DNA of 64,000 nucleotides, from the NCBI GenBank assembly GCA_965287045.1, contig OZ336885.1:62682001-62746000 (forward strand), read 5' to 3'. This stretch comes from Carcharhinus amblyrhynchos. Lineage: Eukaryota. A program made the translations under genes and the position numbers. Each line of letters starts with the position of its first letter. Position 1 is the first letter of the stretch. Under the pieces are notes generated by a model. The model was given only the letters and a program-made list of their open reading frames with translations, was not told where the DNA came from and ran no database searches. Positions 56,401 through 63,995 of the stretch are shown here, piece after piece.

Positions 56401-59400
56401 GTATAACAGATAGTGAGACTTTCTGTTATGCTGCACCACCATGATTATTTCTCACACCTCCATCAACTGCTTTAAATAATTTCCACATGCATTTCCTGCT
56501 TCTACTTTTTCAGCCTCTTGAATCAGTTTTTTTTTCCTGGTGCAATCATTTCTGAATCTTGTTATTCAGTCTTCTGTCGACATGCTTTACCGACCCTTTA
56601 TGTTTACAGAATCAAGTTTTCGTTCTACTCTCTTCATTTGTTTCTTCAACTTCGCCAACTGCTATCATGTGGAATTTCTTGAATTTGGCTGTACCTAGTC
56701 TTATTTACGCAAATATTGCCATAACAACTTAAAATCTGCATTGTCCCATTTTGGAACTTTTTTTTCTGAATCGATCCACAACTGTCTTAGCTGACTTGTA
56801 ACTTCACTGGCACAATATTTCTACGAGAAATTTCAACTAATCCGATATCTCAAACTCGTCATTAGAAATTTGTGTATAAATCATTGGTATTTCTATCATG
56901 CTGCTAAGGATATTAATACATATCATAGCTAACGATATTAACAGTTATTGAGTTGTCGTCACTATCAGCAATACACTCCTCATTGACATTTCTGTCACAA
57001 CGTTGTCTTTATTCAAGATAACTTGGTCCAGCACTTCCGCTGATAATGTGGAACATTTCTCTTTTGGTGAACTGATTCTCTTAAAGTAATGTGAGAAAAA
57101 AATTTATGCATTTCACAAAAAAAAACATTTTTTTTTTAGTTTCCAGATGTAACGAAAATGTATTTTAATCCATAAAAATACATTCGAGACAAATATAACA
57201 TACGGACGAGGGAAGCCTTCGAACGGACAAGAAGTTCGGAGTCAATGTGACGAACCCCACGACGAGCTGTGGCACAGGGTTGAAGTTCATTGCAATGGTA
57301 TCCTGCGGATATCTAAGTTCTTCCTTCTAACTTGCTTACACTGTATTAACTGTCTTGGCGACATGTCAGACCAGAACATGATTGTTGCCTCAGCTAATTG
57401 TGAAACACTGCACGACTGAATGATCTTAATTTGTGAACTCAATTTCAGGATTGCACCACCTGGCATTCTTCACTATCTCTCTGTTATGACACTGTAAGGA
57501 TGTTATCGACTGAATGCCTTTCCCAAAGACACTTTGCCAAGACAATCGGCTGTATCAGTCCAAGGCCATTTGACAGACGCACCCTTATGCCCATACAATA
57601 GGTCCTTTCAATTTGACATTTAACGTTTCATTCAGTGTTTCAAAATGTGTCATGGCTCGAATCTTCTTGATAATTTATGATGACTAAATTATTATCCATT
57701 TCGAGTGGTTGAATTTCAACCGTCTCAGCAATGTTTGTTAATTTGTTGTGGCGAATATGAGAAATTTATTGCATATTTTCACTCATCAATCAAAATATTG
57801 TTATGGATGAGTGAAAATATACAATGTTATATGATGTTATATGTTATATGATGTTATATGAAGAAATTATATTGGACATATCTACAATACTTGCATGCAT
57901 ATTGCCCTTCTTGCATTCTCACCGGAATCATTGTCCCTTCTTTGTTTTTAAATAACACAATGAAACCATAATGTATGAAATCATTGTCCCTTCTTTGTTT
58001 TTATATAACACAATGAAACCATAATGTATGACATTGCTCCGGGATGAGTAACATCTGAGGTCATGCAATTCTGAACGCGGCACAATTTGAAACACTGACC
58101 TCGAAATCGCGCAGACAGCTCCAGATCACAACGTTGAGGAGGAACTTGACAGTCATAGTCTGACAGGCTGGGCAGGAAATGAATACACATAAATAAAAGA
58201 AAACTGAGCAAATCTAGAGTTAAAAGCAGTTGTATAAATGGATGCTTAATGCACATTATCTGAATTCATAAAACATTTGCAGCAATATTTCTACTTTGAC
58301 AGTACAGATTACAACAATGTTGTATTTTCCACTACAGAAGAAAAGTTGCAACGTGATGAAGATTGCATTGTGTGGTCACTAATTCCTGTTTTAAAGTATA
58401 TGGAACGGAAAGGCCAAACTGGATATGAGATGAGGACTGTTCCTGTGGTGTACCTTCCCTTTTGCTTTGTTAAATGTTGTATTTGACATTATTTTTGCGA
58501 GTGGGCACAAACCAGAGTATGAGGGAATTCCTGATACAATTTGACAGTCAACATTTTGTTTCATGAACTTTGTGTGCAAATTTATTTAGGAAAATTCCAA
58601 ATTTGCATGGAAGCAGGAGTCACAGGAGCACTGAGTGATCCAGCCATGATACGGGTCAGTAGGATGTATTCAGACAGATGTTCGAAATGGAAAACAAATG
58701 TTTATCTTAAAAAAAAACAGCTTTTCCACCAGAAAGTGACAGCACCCATGGTTCACAAAAGACGTCAAGGATGACGTTAAATTGAAAAGCAGCATATACA
58801 TAGTGGAAAGGGATAATTGTAATGAGTGAGATTTCTTTCTTAGAATCCAACAACAAGTTGTTGACAACCTTATAACAAGGGAAGACAATAATATTCCGAG
58901 ACAACATACACGCGAAAATACTCAAATAATACAATGCGCAAAGAAAAAAATGAAATCACAGCGTAGGAACATATCATTCCGCCCTAAAAGGCTGTGCCGA
59001 TCATAATGTCCTAACTGGAAAAAAAAATCTGGTCTGAATCTGTTCCCAAACCTTTGTTTCCTCGCTATTCATAAGCGACCCAGTTGCTTGCTCAACGTAG
59101 CGAACGTTTCTGCTTCTACCACATTCTCCTGCAGTGGGTTCCAGACAGCCGCTACTTTCAGCGTGTAAAACATTCCCCAAAAATATAATTTTACGTTTTC
59201 CCCTTTCACCTTTAATTGTTTCCCTTTGGAACTGACACCCCCGCCCATGGAAAACACTACCGAATATGCACCCTTTCACTGGTTCTCATAATTATGTTCC
59301 CATCTGTCAGGGCTCACATCTGTCTACATGTTCTGAGTGAAAATAATCCCCGTTTACGTAACCGCTCCTCATGACGAAAACGTCGAAACCCGATAACATA

Positions 59401-61723
59401 CAGATGATCGCTCTTTGCACTGTCTTCAAAGTTTCCACGTTCTTATGGAATGATGATGACCAAGACTGAATGCAGTACTAAAATGCGACAAAGCGTTTTT
59501 TTTTGTACTGTTGCACTATATTTTCGCAACTCCCGTATTCAGTGCGTCGGCTGATGAAGGCAAAGATTCTATATGCCTTCGTAATCACATTGGTCTCCTG
59601 CGATGCCACTTTTAGGAACCCTGAATCTGTACTCTCAAATTCAACCGTAGGTTCGCCTTCCAAAGGGTTGAGTCAATTACAGCATAATTCACAACTAAAT
59701 TAGATAGTCTGAAATGCATTACCTCATATTCATCCAATCTGTCTTTCCTCCAGCCAAGTATGAAATCTGGTAATGTATTGTTGCGCTCTCTGACAATCCC
59801 CAGCACTGTCAACAACTCCGAAATATTCGTATCAACCCGGAAATTAATATTCCGACCGTTCACACCAATCGCACCAGTTCATTTACATGTACTCGAAATA
59901 ACTAAGGCCCCGGCGCTGATCACTGAGGAACAAAGTCATGTGTTTGTTTATCCAACTGTGCATGCATCCTGTCCCAGTATATTCTCCAAAAGTTCCCCCG
60001 GCACGATATCAGGCTCGTCGGCATAAATTTTATTGCATTATTCCTGGTTTATTTCTTAAACAAGGGAACAAGAATTGCTATTTTTCCGCCCCCTGGAAAA
60101 CCCGTGCGTTCAAAATGAAAGTGAGGCATCCACTACTTCCTCAGTTATCTCTACCTTTCCCTTCCGAAGCAGCCTGAAATAGACTCAATCTGAACCCCGG
60201 CACAAGTCGATATTAATGCAATTTAGGACACTCATCACTTCCTCCTTTGGTGATTTGACGTTCAACACAGCATTCAGACACTTTTCACTGACCTCACAAT
60301 CCGTCATTTCCTTCTCCTTGTTAAGTACTGATGCAACCACTTTTTAAGGATTTCACATAATTTCGGTGATTCCGCGCAAACTTCCGACCATTTTTATCGA
60401 GTGGGCCTAATATTTCTCTTCCAGCCTTCTTGCTGACTTTATTCCGAAACAACGTGAATCGAAGTTGTATTTTAATCATTGACGTTAGTTTGAGATCAGA
60501 AGTTGTACATGAAATATGTTTTTCTTTTGCTGTCTCTTTCACAGAGGATAAAATAAACGAACTAAAAGACGGTATGCAAAATAAAGAGGATTCATACCCA
60601 TGACAAAAAAAAACATGCTGTGTTTGCATTCGTACTCTACTGGAAATCTATAGGAAACTTGTGAAATTGATGACCTTGTTTGCAAGGGTTTGAAAGTATG
60701 TTGATTACGCTTAATGTGTAAGATGAAAACGTTAATAAGCTACCGCATGCAGAGAAGCATCAACGCTGATTCCTGCGAAAAGAACCATGCTCCACGTCCA
60801 GAAATCGACAAAAGAAAACACTTTTATTCAAGGCTGCCTCATGAAAGGAATTGAATCACACAAAAGTTCACGATTTTTTGAATAGAAAATGGCATGCTAT
60901 GCATGAAGTATGTTAGTTTATGCACTTGATAAGTCCTTCTTAAAAAAAGACAGTGAAGTATGTTCTTGATTTATTTAATAGTTCTCATGATGTTTGTATT
61001 TCTGCGCATGGTTAGGATTTCAGTGAAATCAAGAGGCAAGGTGTAGAATGACATTAGCAGTGTTAAAATAAATTATAAAAATCACGGAAAAAGCTTGATA
61101 TTTTAGAGAGAAAATTTTATGGAAATAATCTGTATCAGTGCGATCGTTATTTTGTGTGACTGCGCACTTTTACGCGCATGCGTGCATGTGTTTGTTGTGT
61201 CAGTGTGTGCCGTCTCGATTTGTGTATTTGCTTGTTTACATGTCTACAAGCGTTTATCGAACTGTCCGCCACGCAAAACACATTACGCTACTTGATTGAG
61301 GCACAAGTGATAGTGATCACGGAATTACTGATTGATTGAAATGCACAAAGTATTGTACGTATGCGCAATATCAACGATATTGGCTAATCTTACGCGGCAG
61401 AGAGCAGAACGTTTAATTTTTAACCCTAGGAAGGCATGGGAAACGTACGTAACATCGACACATATCGCAACTTTCTGTGTTGATTGTGTGTAATTTCAAA
61501 ATTTGATTCGATAGAAACCTGGAAAATATTGACTTCAGGGAATAGATAAGAAGGGATAGCAAAGATGAAGACAATGGATCGAATCAAGTCCCACTCTACC
61601 ATACTAATTGTATAATTCCATGAGTACAAATGATCAACCTGTAAATGCAGAATAATTAACTTAGTCGACTTTGCTGACCCAATCCAGACATTTCGAAGTG
61701 CAGAGGAGCTTTACATGATACAG
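74..61723 (+). CDS. Partial multi-exon host gene (both ends outside window): coiled-coil protein encoded by 27/36-nt phase-1 micro-exons
   Basis: 17 AG...GT-bounded exons (11 x 27 nt, 6 x 36 nt; 513 nt) splice to EDKLADKEK ELWECKTSVQQL EARLEETNG ELSKCQEVSKEL EEKLTAKER EGQIKDLKE ELGNCQNTVKDL EQRLREQEK AAEKLAKEK DDRICELNA ELSKCQESLKDT EKKLRGKEK KAISEAKEK DDMIFELKE ELSRCQANLKDS QDKINELKD DISKCRGALHDT. No stops, mutual similarity between exons, 3-4 hydrophobic spacing. First residue assumes an upstream exon ending in G. Confidence 0.85.
411..446 (+). CDS. Micro-exon class C, 36 nt (ELWECKTSVQQL)
   Basis: ctgcactgcag|AACTATGGGAATGCAAAACATCGGTGCAACAATTAG|gtgagt. Confidence 0.85.
   Translation, partial: NYGNAKHRCNN
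590..4645. mobile_element. Decayed Harbinger/PIF-like transposon, left half (Myb gene on +, transposase C-terminus on -), interrupted by a CR1 LINE
   Basis: TIR-like ggcggaaatttac at ~592. Frameshifted Myb/SANT-like remnant on + at ~1290-1510 (NLQEADLTRLLED..FFPVAGRRP..AWESV..TGRQ). HARBI1-like C-terminus on - at ~4385-4640 (RRALQYS..GCVIHSLAQKAG). Boundaries approximate. Confidence 0.5.
1560..2970 (-). mobile_element. CR1/HER1-like LINE fragment (RT domain to 3' end)
   Basis: ORF 2233..2454 (PQESVLRPLLFGIYLNELD..KFVQDIKISG..LQQDFNQLGKW) matches the CR1 RT motif PQGSVLGPLLF.IYINDLD..KFADDTK. ccagaactgtaca..ttccaagtgtgg is the reverse complement of the LEYCVQFW region. Confidence 0.9.
4646..8780. 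mobile_element. Decayed Harbinger/PIF-like transposon, right half (transposase tail on +, multi-exon Myb gene on -)
   Basis: Acidic tail and HVREAMIIRQFCR* on + at ~4650-4861. Myb/SANT exon on - at ~7496-7700. Low-complexity downstream ORFs 5545..5982 and 6368..6649 on -. TIR-like caatttccagccg followed by taa at ~8765-8780. Confidence 0.55.
7496..7700 (-). pseudogene. Harbinger Myb/SANT DNA-binding protein exon remnant
   Basis: Reverse-strand reading across a frameshift: ATRFTEG..VLNVTEGNWDIIVP..AAWE/IASLSAMTLATRTGKQTCHTVNDVNRAAR, ending at an AGG|gtgagt donor. Confidence 0.7.
9030..9056 (+). CDS. Micro-exon class A, 27 nt (EARLEETNG)
   Basis: cttcctaatag|AAGCGAGATTGGAAGAAACAAACGGAG|gtaaac; acceptor cctaatag is the same as at exon 74. 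Confidence 0.8.
10300..10950 (+). mobile_element. Old, heavily decayed CR1-like LINE fragment
   Basis: Degenerate similarity to the PVSLTS / QHGF..GRSCLTNL region (gattttattttaggcaaggatggaagtattgacacaaatt) followed by a 3'-tail-like segment. Confidence 0.4.
11072..11107 (+). CDS. Micro-exon class C, 36 nt (ELSKCQEVSKEL)
   Basis: gaattatccag|AATTATCCAAATGCCAAGAAGTTTCAAAGGAATTGG|gtaagc. Confidence 0.85.
12540..12591. repeat. (GC)n(CA)n microsatellite
   Basis: cgcgcgcgctcgcgcg followed by a CA run. Confidence 0.9.
14030..14120 (+). mobile_element. Short decayed Penelope-like terminal fragment
   Basis: tctgaa..ccagaatcgaacgtctgctct..gacctgctgaagttttccaacattttctgt resembles the common chondrichthyan repeat ..cgaaacgtt..agacctgctgag..tccagcattttctg. 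Family assignment from memory. Confidence 0.45.
14540..14860 (-). mobile_element. Decayed LINE 3' fragment (same family as 24540-25110)
   Basis: ggatgcaggtatggctgg..gccctgagaatg..ttgaaccgctgc pattern typical of a chondrichthyan LINE 3' region. Confidence 0.45.
15577..15890 (-). mobile_element. V-SINE/HE1-like SINE
   Basis: ggaaacaggagcacccgga..agaacatgcagactccaaacaga is the reverse complement of the V-domain core (tgtgtggagtttgca..tccgggtgctccggtttcc). LINE-derived tail at ~15580-15630. Confidence 0.75.
16300..16577 (-). mobile_element. HE1-like tRNA-derived V-SINE
   Basis: Reverse strand reads ..cggcacagttgacaacactgctg..cagtgtcagggaccctgggtcaattccaggctcgggtcactgtct..tttcctccgaaccttcggtttcctcc: A/B-box-like head plus V core. 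Confidence 0.85.
17976..18074. repeat. Near-perfect inverted repeat (hairpin, ~45-bp arms)
   Basis: tatttaagtaataatgcacagagttactggaatgacaaacgcatt pairs with aatgcctttgtcattccagtaactctgttcattattacttaaata with 2 mismatches; loop tgtcatgcc. Confidence 0.9.
18735..19356 (+). mobile_element. 5'-truncated CR1 LINE 3' end, relatively young
   Basis: QLEYCVQFWSPHLRKDI..LNRLGLYSL..FITQRVVNLWNSL..GIKVYGEKEGKW, then 3' UTR tcagccatgatct..gggctaaatggcctactcctgctcctat. Confidence 0.95.
19641..19842. mobile_element. Small non-autonomous Harbinger-like MITE remnant
   Basis: GC-rich island in AT-rich DNA, starting ggcaaaattctccgg and ending near gagaattccc (imperfect TIR-like ends). Confidence 0.5.
21246..21272 (+). 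CDS. Micro-exon class A, 27 nt (EEKLTAKER)
   Basis: tttttatctttacag|AAGAAAAGTTAACGGCAAAAGAAAGAG|gtacct. Confidence 0.85.
24540..25110 (-). mobile_element. Decayed LINE fragment
   Basis: ttcttgcacggctgcagt..agggaattccaggatttt..gcgagttcctgcagtacatcttgcagg..ttggtccagttcagtttc, typical chondrichthyan LINE antisense sequence. Confidence 0.6.
25120..25710 (-). mobile_element. CR1/HER1-like LINE 3' end
   Basis: Closely similar to 1600-2080 (caccttaaac..ctataagatca..gaactggacactttattccaagc..ctcaccaatgtc..acaacttcaac). Confidence 0.85.
26303..26329 (+). CDS. Micro-exon class B, 27 nt (EGQIKDLKE)
   Basis: ttttgtcgctaacag|AGGGGCAAATAAAAGATCTAAAAGAAG|gtgagt. Confidence 0.85.
26800..29540 (+). mobile_element. 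Decayed CR1 LINE RT region split by a GC-rich insertion
   Basis: NLLKLFE / FQ..FKNVPHQ.LLQKIK-like motifs at ~26860-26990. Similarity resumes after ~29350 with ttcattcaaaaggcttgtgaggttctggtactctcc (FTQRVV.LWNSLP-like). Confidence 0.7.
27757..29350. mobile_element. GC-rich foldback-like non-autonomous DNA element (probably Harbinger-derived)
   Basis: Abrupt GC/CpG-rich block. C-rich arm ~28080-28530 and G-rich arm ~28770-29090 carry complementary motifs (cgcgatccaacccc / ggggttggatcgcg; ccctgggaggc / gcctcccaggg). Confidence 0.65.
29644..29710 (+). mobile_element. Very short HER1/HE1-type 3' tail
   Basis: atggtcggcgcaacatcgagggccgaagggcctgtactgcg..taatgttcta. Confidence 0.75.
30359..30394 (+). 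CDS. Micro-exon class C, 36 nt (ELGNCQNTVKDL)
   Basis: ttcgttctgttgtctag|AGTTAGGAAATTGTCAGAATACTGTAAAGGATCTAG|gtgagt. Confidence 0.85.
30778..30804 (+). CDS. Micro-exon class A, 27 nt (EQRLREQEK)
   Basis: gatttctattag|AGCAAAGGCTGCGTGAACAAGAAAAAG|gtagac. Confidence 0.8.
31145..31171 (+). CDS. Micro-exon class A', 27 nt (AAEKLAKEK)
   Basis: tttgtcttcttcacag|CGGCAGAGAAGTTGGCTAAAGAAAAAG|gtactt. Confidence 0.85.
32214..34300. mobile_element. Decayed Harbinger-like DNA transposon remnant
   Basis: Starts gggggcaatttccc (TIR-like), GC-rich with G-tracts, weakly complementary right end near 34260-34298. No clear ORF. Confidence 0.45.
34790..36050. mobile_element. GC-rich Harbinger-like remnant
   Basis: G-tract and 'gcgatc/gatcg' motif composition like the subterminal regions of neighbouring Harbinger elements; no coding remnant recognised. 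Confidence 0.35.
38226..39520 (+). pseudogene. Harbinger (HARBI1-like) DDE transposase, frameshifted
   Basis: Motifs in order across frames: RPHISFEALSEELCQSWLRLS, GGHPFPVAVNLTATVRFYASRSFQ..GD, FLNWKGFY, NVQIVCDH, GWLLGDKGF..WLMTP, RYN, VVEQCFVLL..RSGEALQY, RNAFLAARF. Confidence 0.92.
41927..42170 (-). pseudogene. Harbinger Myb/SANT protein first exon remnant
   Basis: Reverse-strand fragments HLLDGVEKRCDHLL.. and VTDLVNARSLTPCSGRKCPKNKLHDGLRAAR. Same RAAR exon end as 7496-7700. Confidence 0.7.
43204..43230 (+). CDS. Micro-exon class B, 27 nt (DDRICELNA)
   Basis: tttatgcctcaaacag|ATGACAGAATATGTGAGCTAAACGCAG|gtatgt. Confidence 0.85.
44104..44139 (+). CDS. Micro-exon class C, 36 nt (ELSKCQESLKDT)
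   Basis: gattacttttcag|AATTGTCCAAGTGCCAAGAAAGTTTAAAGGATACAG|gtaaac. Confidence 0.88.
46458..46484 (+). CDS. Micro-exon class A, 27 nt (EKKLRGKEK), weak donor
   Basis: tttctcccatgcag|AAAAAAAATTGAGAGGTAAAGAGAAAA|gttatt; alternative internal donor GAG|gtaaag after 46472. Confidence 0.6.
47156..47220. repeat. (TG)n microsatellite
   Basis: Direct TG run with a degenerate tail. Confidence 0.9.
47892..47918 (+). CDS. Micro-exon class A', 27 nt ([K/E]AISEAKEK)
   Basis: tattgtatttcacag|AGGCAATATCCGAAGCTAAAGAGAAAG|gttcgt. Confidence 0.75.
50134..50160 (+). CDS. Micro-exon class B, 27 nt (DDMIFELKE)
   Basis: attttgcctggaacag|ATGACATGATTTTCGAGCTAAAAGAAG|gtattt. Confidence 0.85.
51575..52160 (-). mobile_element. 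CR1-like LINE 3' end
   Basis: Tail gtacagaacaagaagaggttctttgaccc..; ctctggcagcgcgtt; ggcgaccagaactgcacgcactac (reverse complement of YCVQFWSP). Confidence 0.85.
53023..53058 (+). CDS. Micro-exon class C, 36 nt (ELSRCQANLKDS)
   Basis: gttcaccgatccag|AATTAAGCCGGTGTCAAGCAAACCTAAAGGATTCAC|gtaagc. Confidence 0.85.
54050..54490 (-). mobile_element. Decayed CR1-like 3' fragment
   Basis: catcatcatgtcatagatttgaaatgc..ttccagcacccggtc..cttcccacttagcct..ctccaatgaagcaac. Confidence 0.5.
57926..58031. repeat. 53-bp tandem duplication (1 mismatch)
   Basis: aatcattgtcccttctttgttttta(a/t)ataacacaatgaaaccataatgtatga, two copies starting at 57926 and 57979. Confidence 0.95.
58960..60450 (-). mobile_element. 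Decayed CR1 LINE (RT to 3' end)
   Basis: ORF fragments FYTLKVAAVWNPL..VVEAETF and KAYRIFAFISRRTEY; gaccaagactgaatgcagtact is the reverse complement of EYC.QSWS. Confidence 0.85.
60545..60571 (+). CDS. Micro-exon class B, 27 nt ([Q/E]DKINELKD)
   Basis: gctgtctctttcacag|AGGATAAAATAAACGAACTAAAAGACG|gtatgc. Confidence 0.85.
61688..61723 (+). CDS. Micro-exon class C, 36 nt (DISKCRGALHDT)
   Basis: gacccaatccag|ACATTTCGAAGTGCAGAGGAGCTTTACATGATACAG|gtaagc. Confidence 0.85.
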
Positions 61724-63537
61724 GTAAGCATCATCATGTGAGTGTGGATCACACTGCACAACTGTTTTTGTAGATGCTATTTAAAGTGCAATTCGTCTGA
61801 AAATTGATTTTGTACTTTTTGTAAATCATGTGCAATTAACACGGCAAAGTTTTATTTAGCTATGTCATTGCTGAATTAATCGATAAAGTTATCATACATC
61901 AATAAATACGAGGTTGAAATGAATTAAATCATTTATTACCTCCATCAATCATCATTGCAGCTTGTTAAGTCTTACAAAATCGTACTTAAGTTGCAAATTT
62001 TGAGGACATAGAAGGGAAAAGAAGGCATTTGATAATACTGCCTCTATAGAAAGGGGGCGGCCGGGGTGGTGGGGGGTGGGGGGGGGGGGGTGGCGGCGGC
62101 GGGGGGCGGAACACGGAATGATAAGTTTGCATTGAGTTGATTGTCGTTAAAAAAATCTAGTCCTTTAACTGGCAATTTCATCATAACACGAACTAAGACA
62201 CGGAAAACTTGGCATTATTTTCAAGAACGCAACTTTCTTCTGAGCAGCTCTACTGAGTTACATTTAATTGAACAGATTATAATAGGATTTGTTATATATC
62301 CAGCGACCATTCTCGGTAAACCTTGTCATGTTTGTCCCATGCTATTGACACAAATCTTGTTCTTGGTAACAGCCTGGACTTAAGTTTGTCTGCGCTAATA
62401 TACTATCCTATTTGGGCCAGACATAACGTCGTCATCATATTACTTCAATATCAATCTCAAACACAAGAGCAGACATATACTCAACATTTTCATTGCCTAT
62501 TTTGCTGCGGAGACAGTAATTCATGCCCTCCTGTGATCTTGTCTGGCGTGCGTTATTCTATCTCCAATTCGTTTTCAAATAGGTTTGACTTTGTGTTCGG
62601 GACATGCCTTTAACTGTTCGATTTCTTTCTCCGAAATCGTCGACGCACCTTTCCAGTTCAAATTGTTTTTGAAGGCTATTCAAGAAACAGTGTCTTTTTT
62701 TTCCCCCTGATGAATCTTTTGATCCTCTGAATACTTGTTCATGTAGTGCTTCTGTGAGGAGCTGCACATTCTACCTTAATATTGTTCGATAATGTTGCCA
62801 ATGTCTACAACTGTGTTGATGGACTGAACAGGTGAATGATTTGGCGGCATACCATTACTTTTTTTTTGTACATTAAACAATTCCAGGGGTGAATATATTG
62901 GTTTGTGCTTTTCTTGTGAAATATAAAAGAACACGAATTATGTTTCATTCTTTCCTCATTGATGGCCGGAAACTGTGATCTGTGCGTTAAGCGATTTTGG
63001 TGCGAAGACAACATCGAAGTGCTATTGCTGTCATTTACACATCCGTGATGCGAATGGCAAACCTAAACCTCTCCATGGGATGATTCTTACAGCAGGAAAA
63101 AGAAAGTTGTAACGAGTGAAAAAAAGGAAACAGAATGGTGAACACAGGGAACACTGCTCAGTAAACCTGCCATGCAATAAAATCAGGGACAAATATATCT
63201 GGAGATTAGCTTCGTTCGTTTTTACGAAAAAAAACATGAGTCCACGTGTGTCCCACTTTAACGGTATCACGCTCGCGCAGAGATGTAGCAAGTTGCTGAA
63301 TTGAATAACGCAGAAAAGAAAAAGAAACTATGATCCATGAATAAGATAGAACAAATCAAATTGTTGAACATCAAGGAAATCCAAAATTTACATTCCGAAG
63401 AATTGATAACAAGAGGCGGGGTGGTGCAGGGCGTGTGTTTGTGTGTGTGTGTGTGTGTATGTGTGTTGGGGTGGGGGGGAGGTGGTGGTGTTGGAGTGGC
63501 TTCGGGGCGGGAGTGCAGAGTGACAGCCGGGAGAGCT

Positions 63538-63700
63538 AGATAGATCGATCGATCGATAGATAGATGGATGGATACGGAACGATGTAGATAGATAAAATAG
63601 AAAGGGAGAGAGTGGAATGGAGGATGGATGGACGGATGGATGGTTGGATGGATCGATGAAAGATACAATGATGGATGGATGGATGGATGATGGCTGAATG
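63538..63700. repeat. (GATA/GATG)n compound microsatellite
   Basis: Runs of gata, gatc and gatg tetramers. Confidence 0.85.
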
Positions 63701-63946
63701 AACTGCATTTCGGGGAAAAAAACCGTATCAATCATAGCTGTCTTCAGTCAGCACATGTCGTTGAATGTTATAAAGGGACAAGTGTTCAGCAAAATATCAG
63801 GAAATAATTTGTGAAGTTTCTGTTAAGTATTTCAGTCGAGAACCCCACCACTGGCCAGGCGTTTTCTTTTTTCTGAAATTTCCTCTGAGTCACTTGTTCC
63901 GTATCACAATCTGTGCCTTCTCATGACTAAACTCAATGAAATATAT

Positions 63947-63948
<2 letters not shown>

Positions 63949-63995
<47 letters not shown>

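Noticed and set aside
1560-60450. Excess of antisense LINE/SINE insertions relative to the host gene
   Set aside because: Consistent with a + strand gene, but counts are small and several + strand LINEs are present.
74-61723. Assigning the gene to butyrophilin/BG, TRIM, tropomyosin or tetherin
   Set aside because: No Ig, TM, B30.2, RING or other diagnostic exon in the window; the analogy is architectural only.
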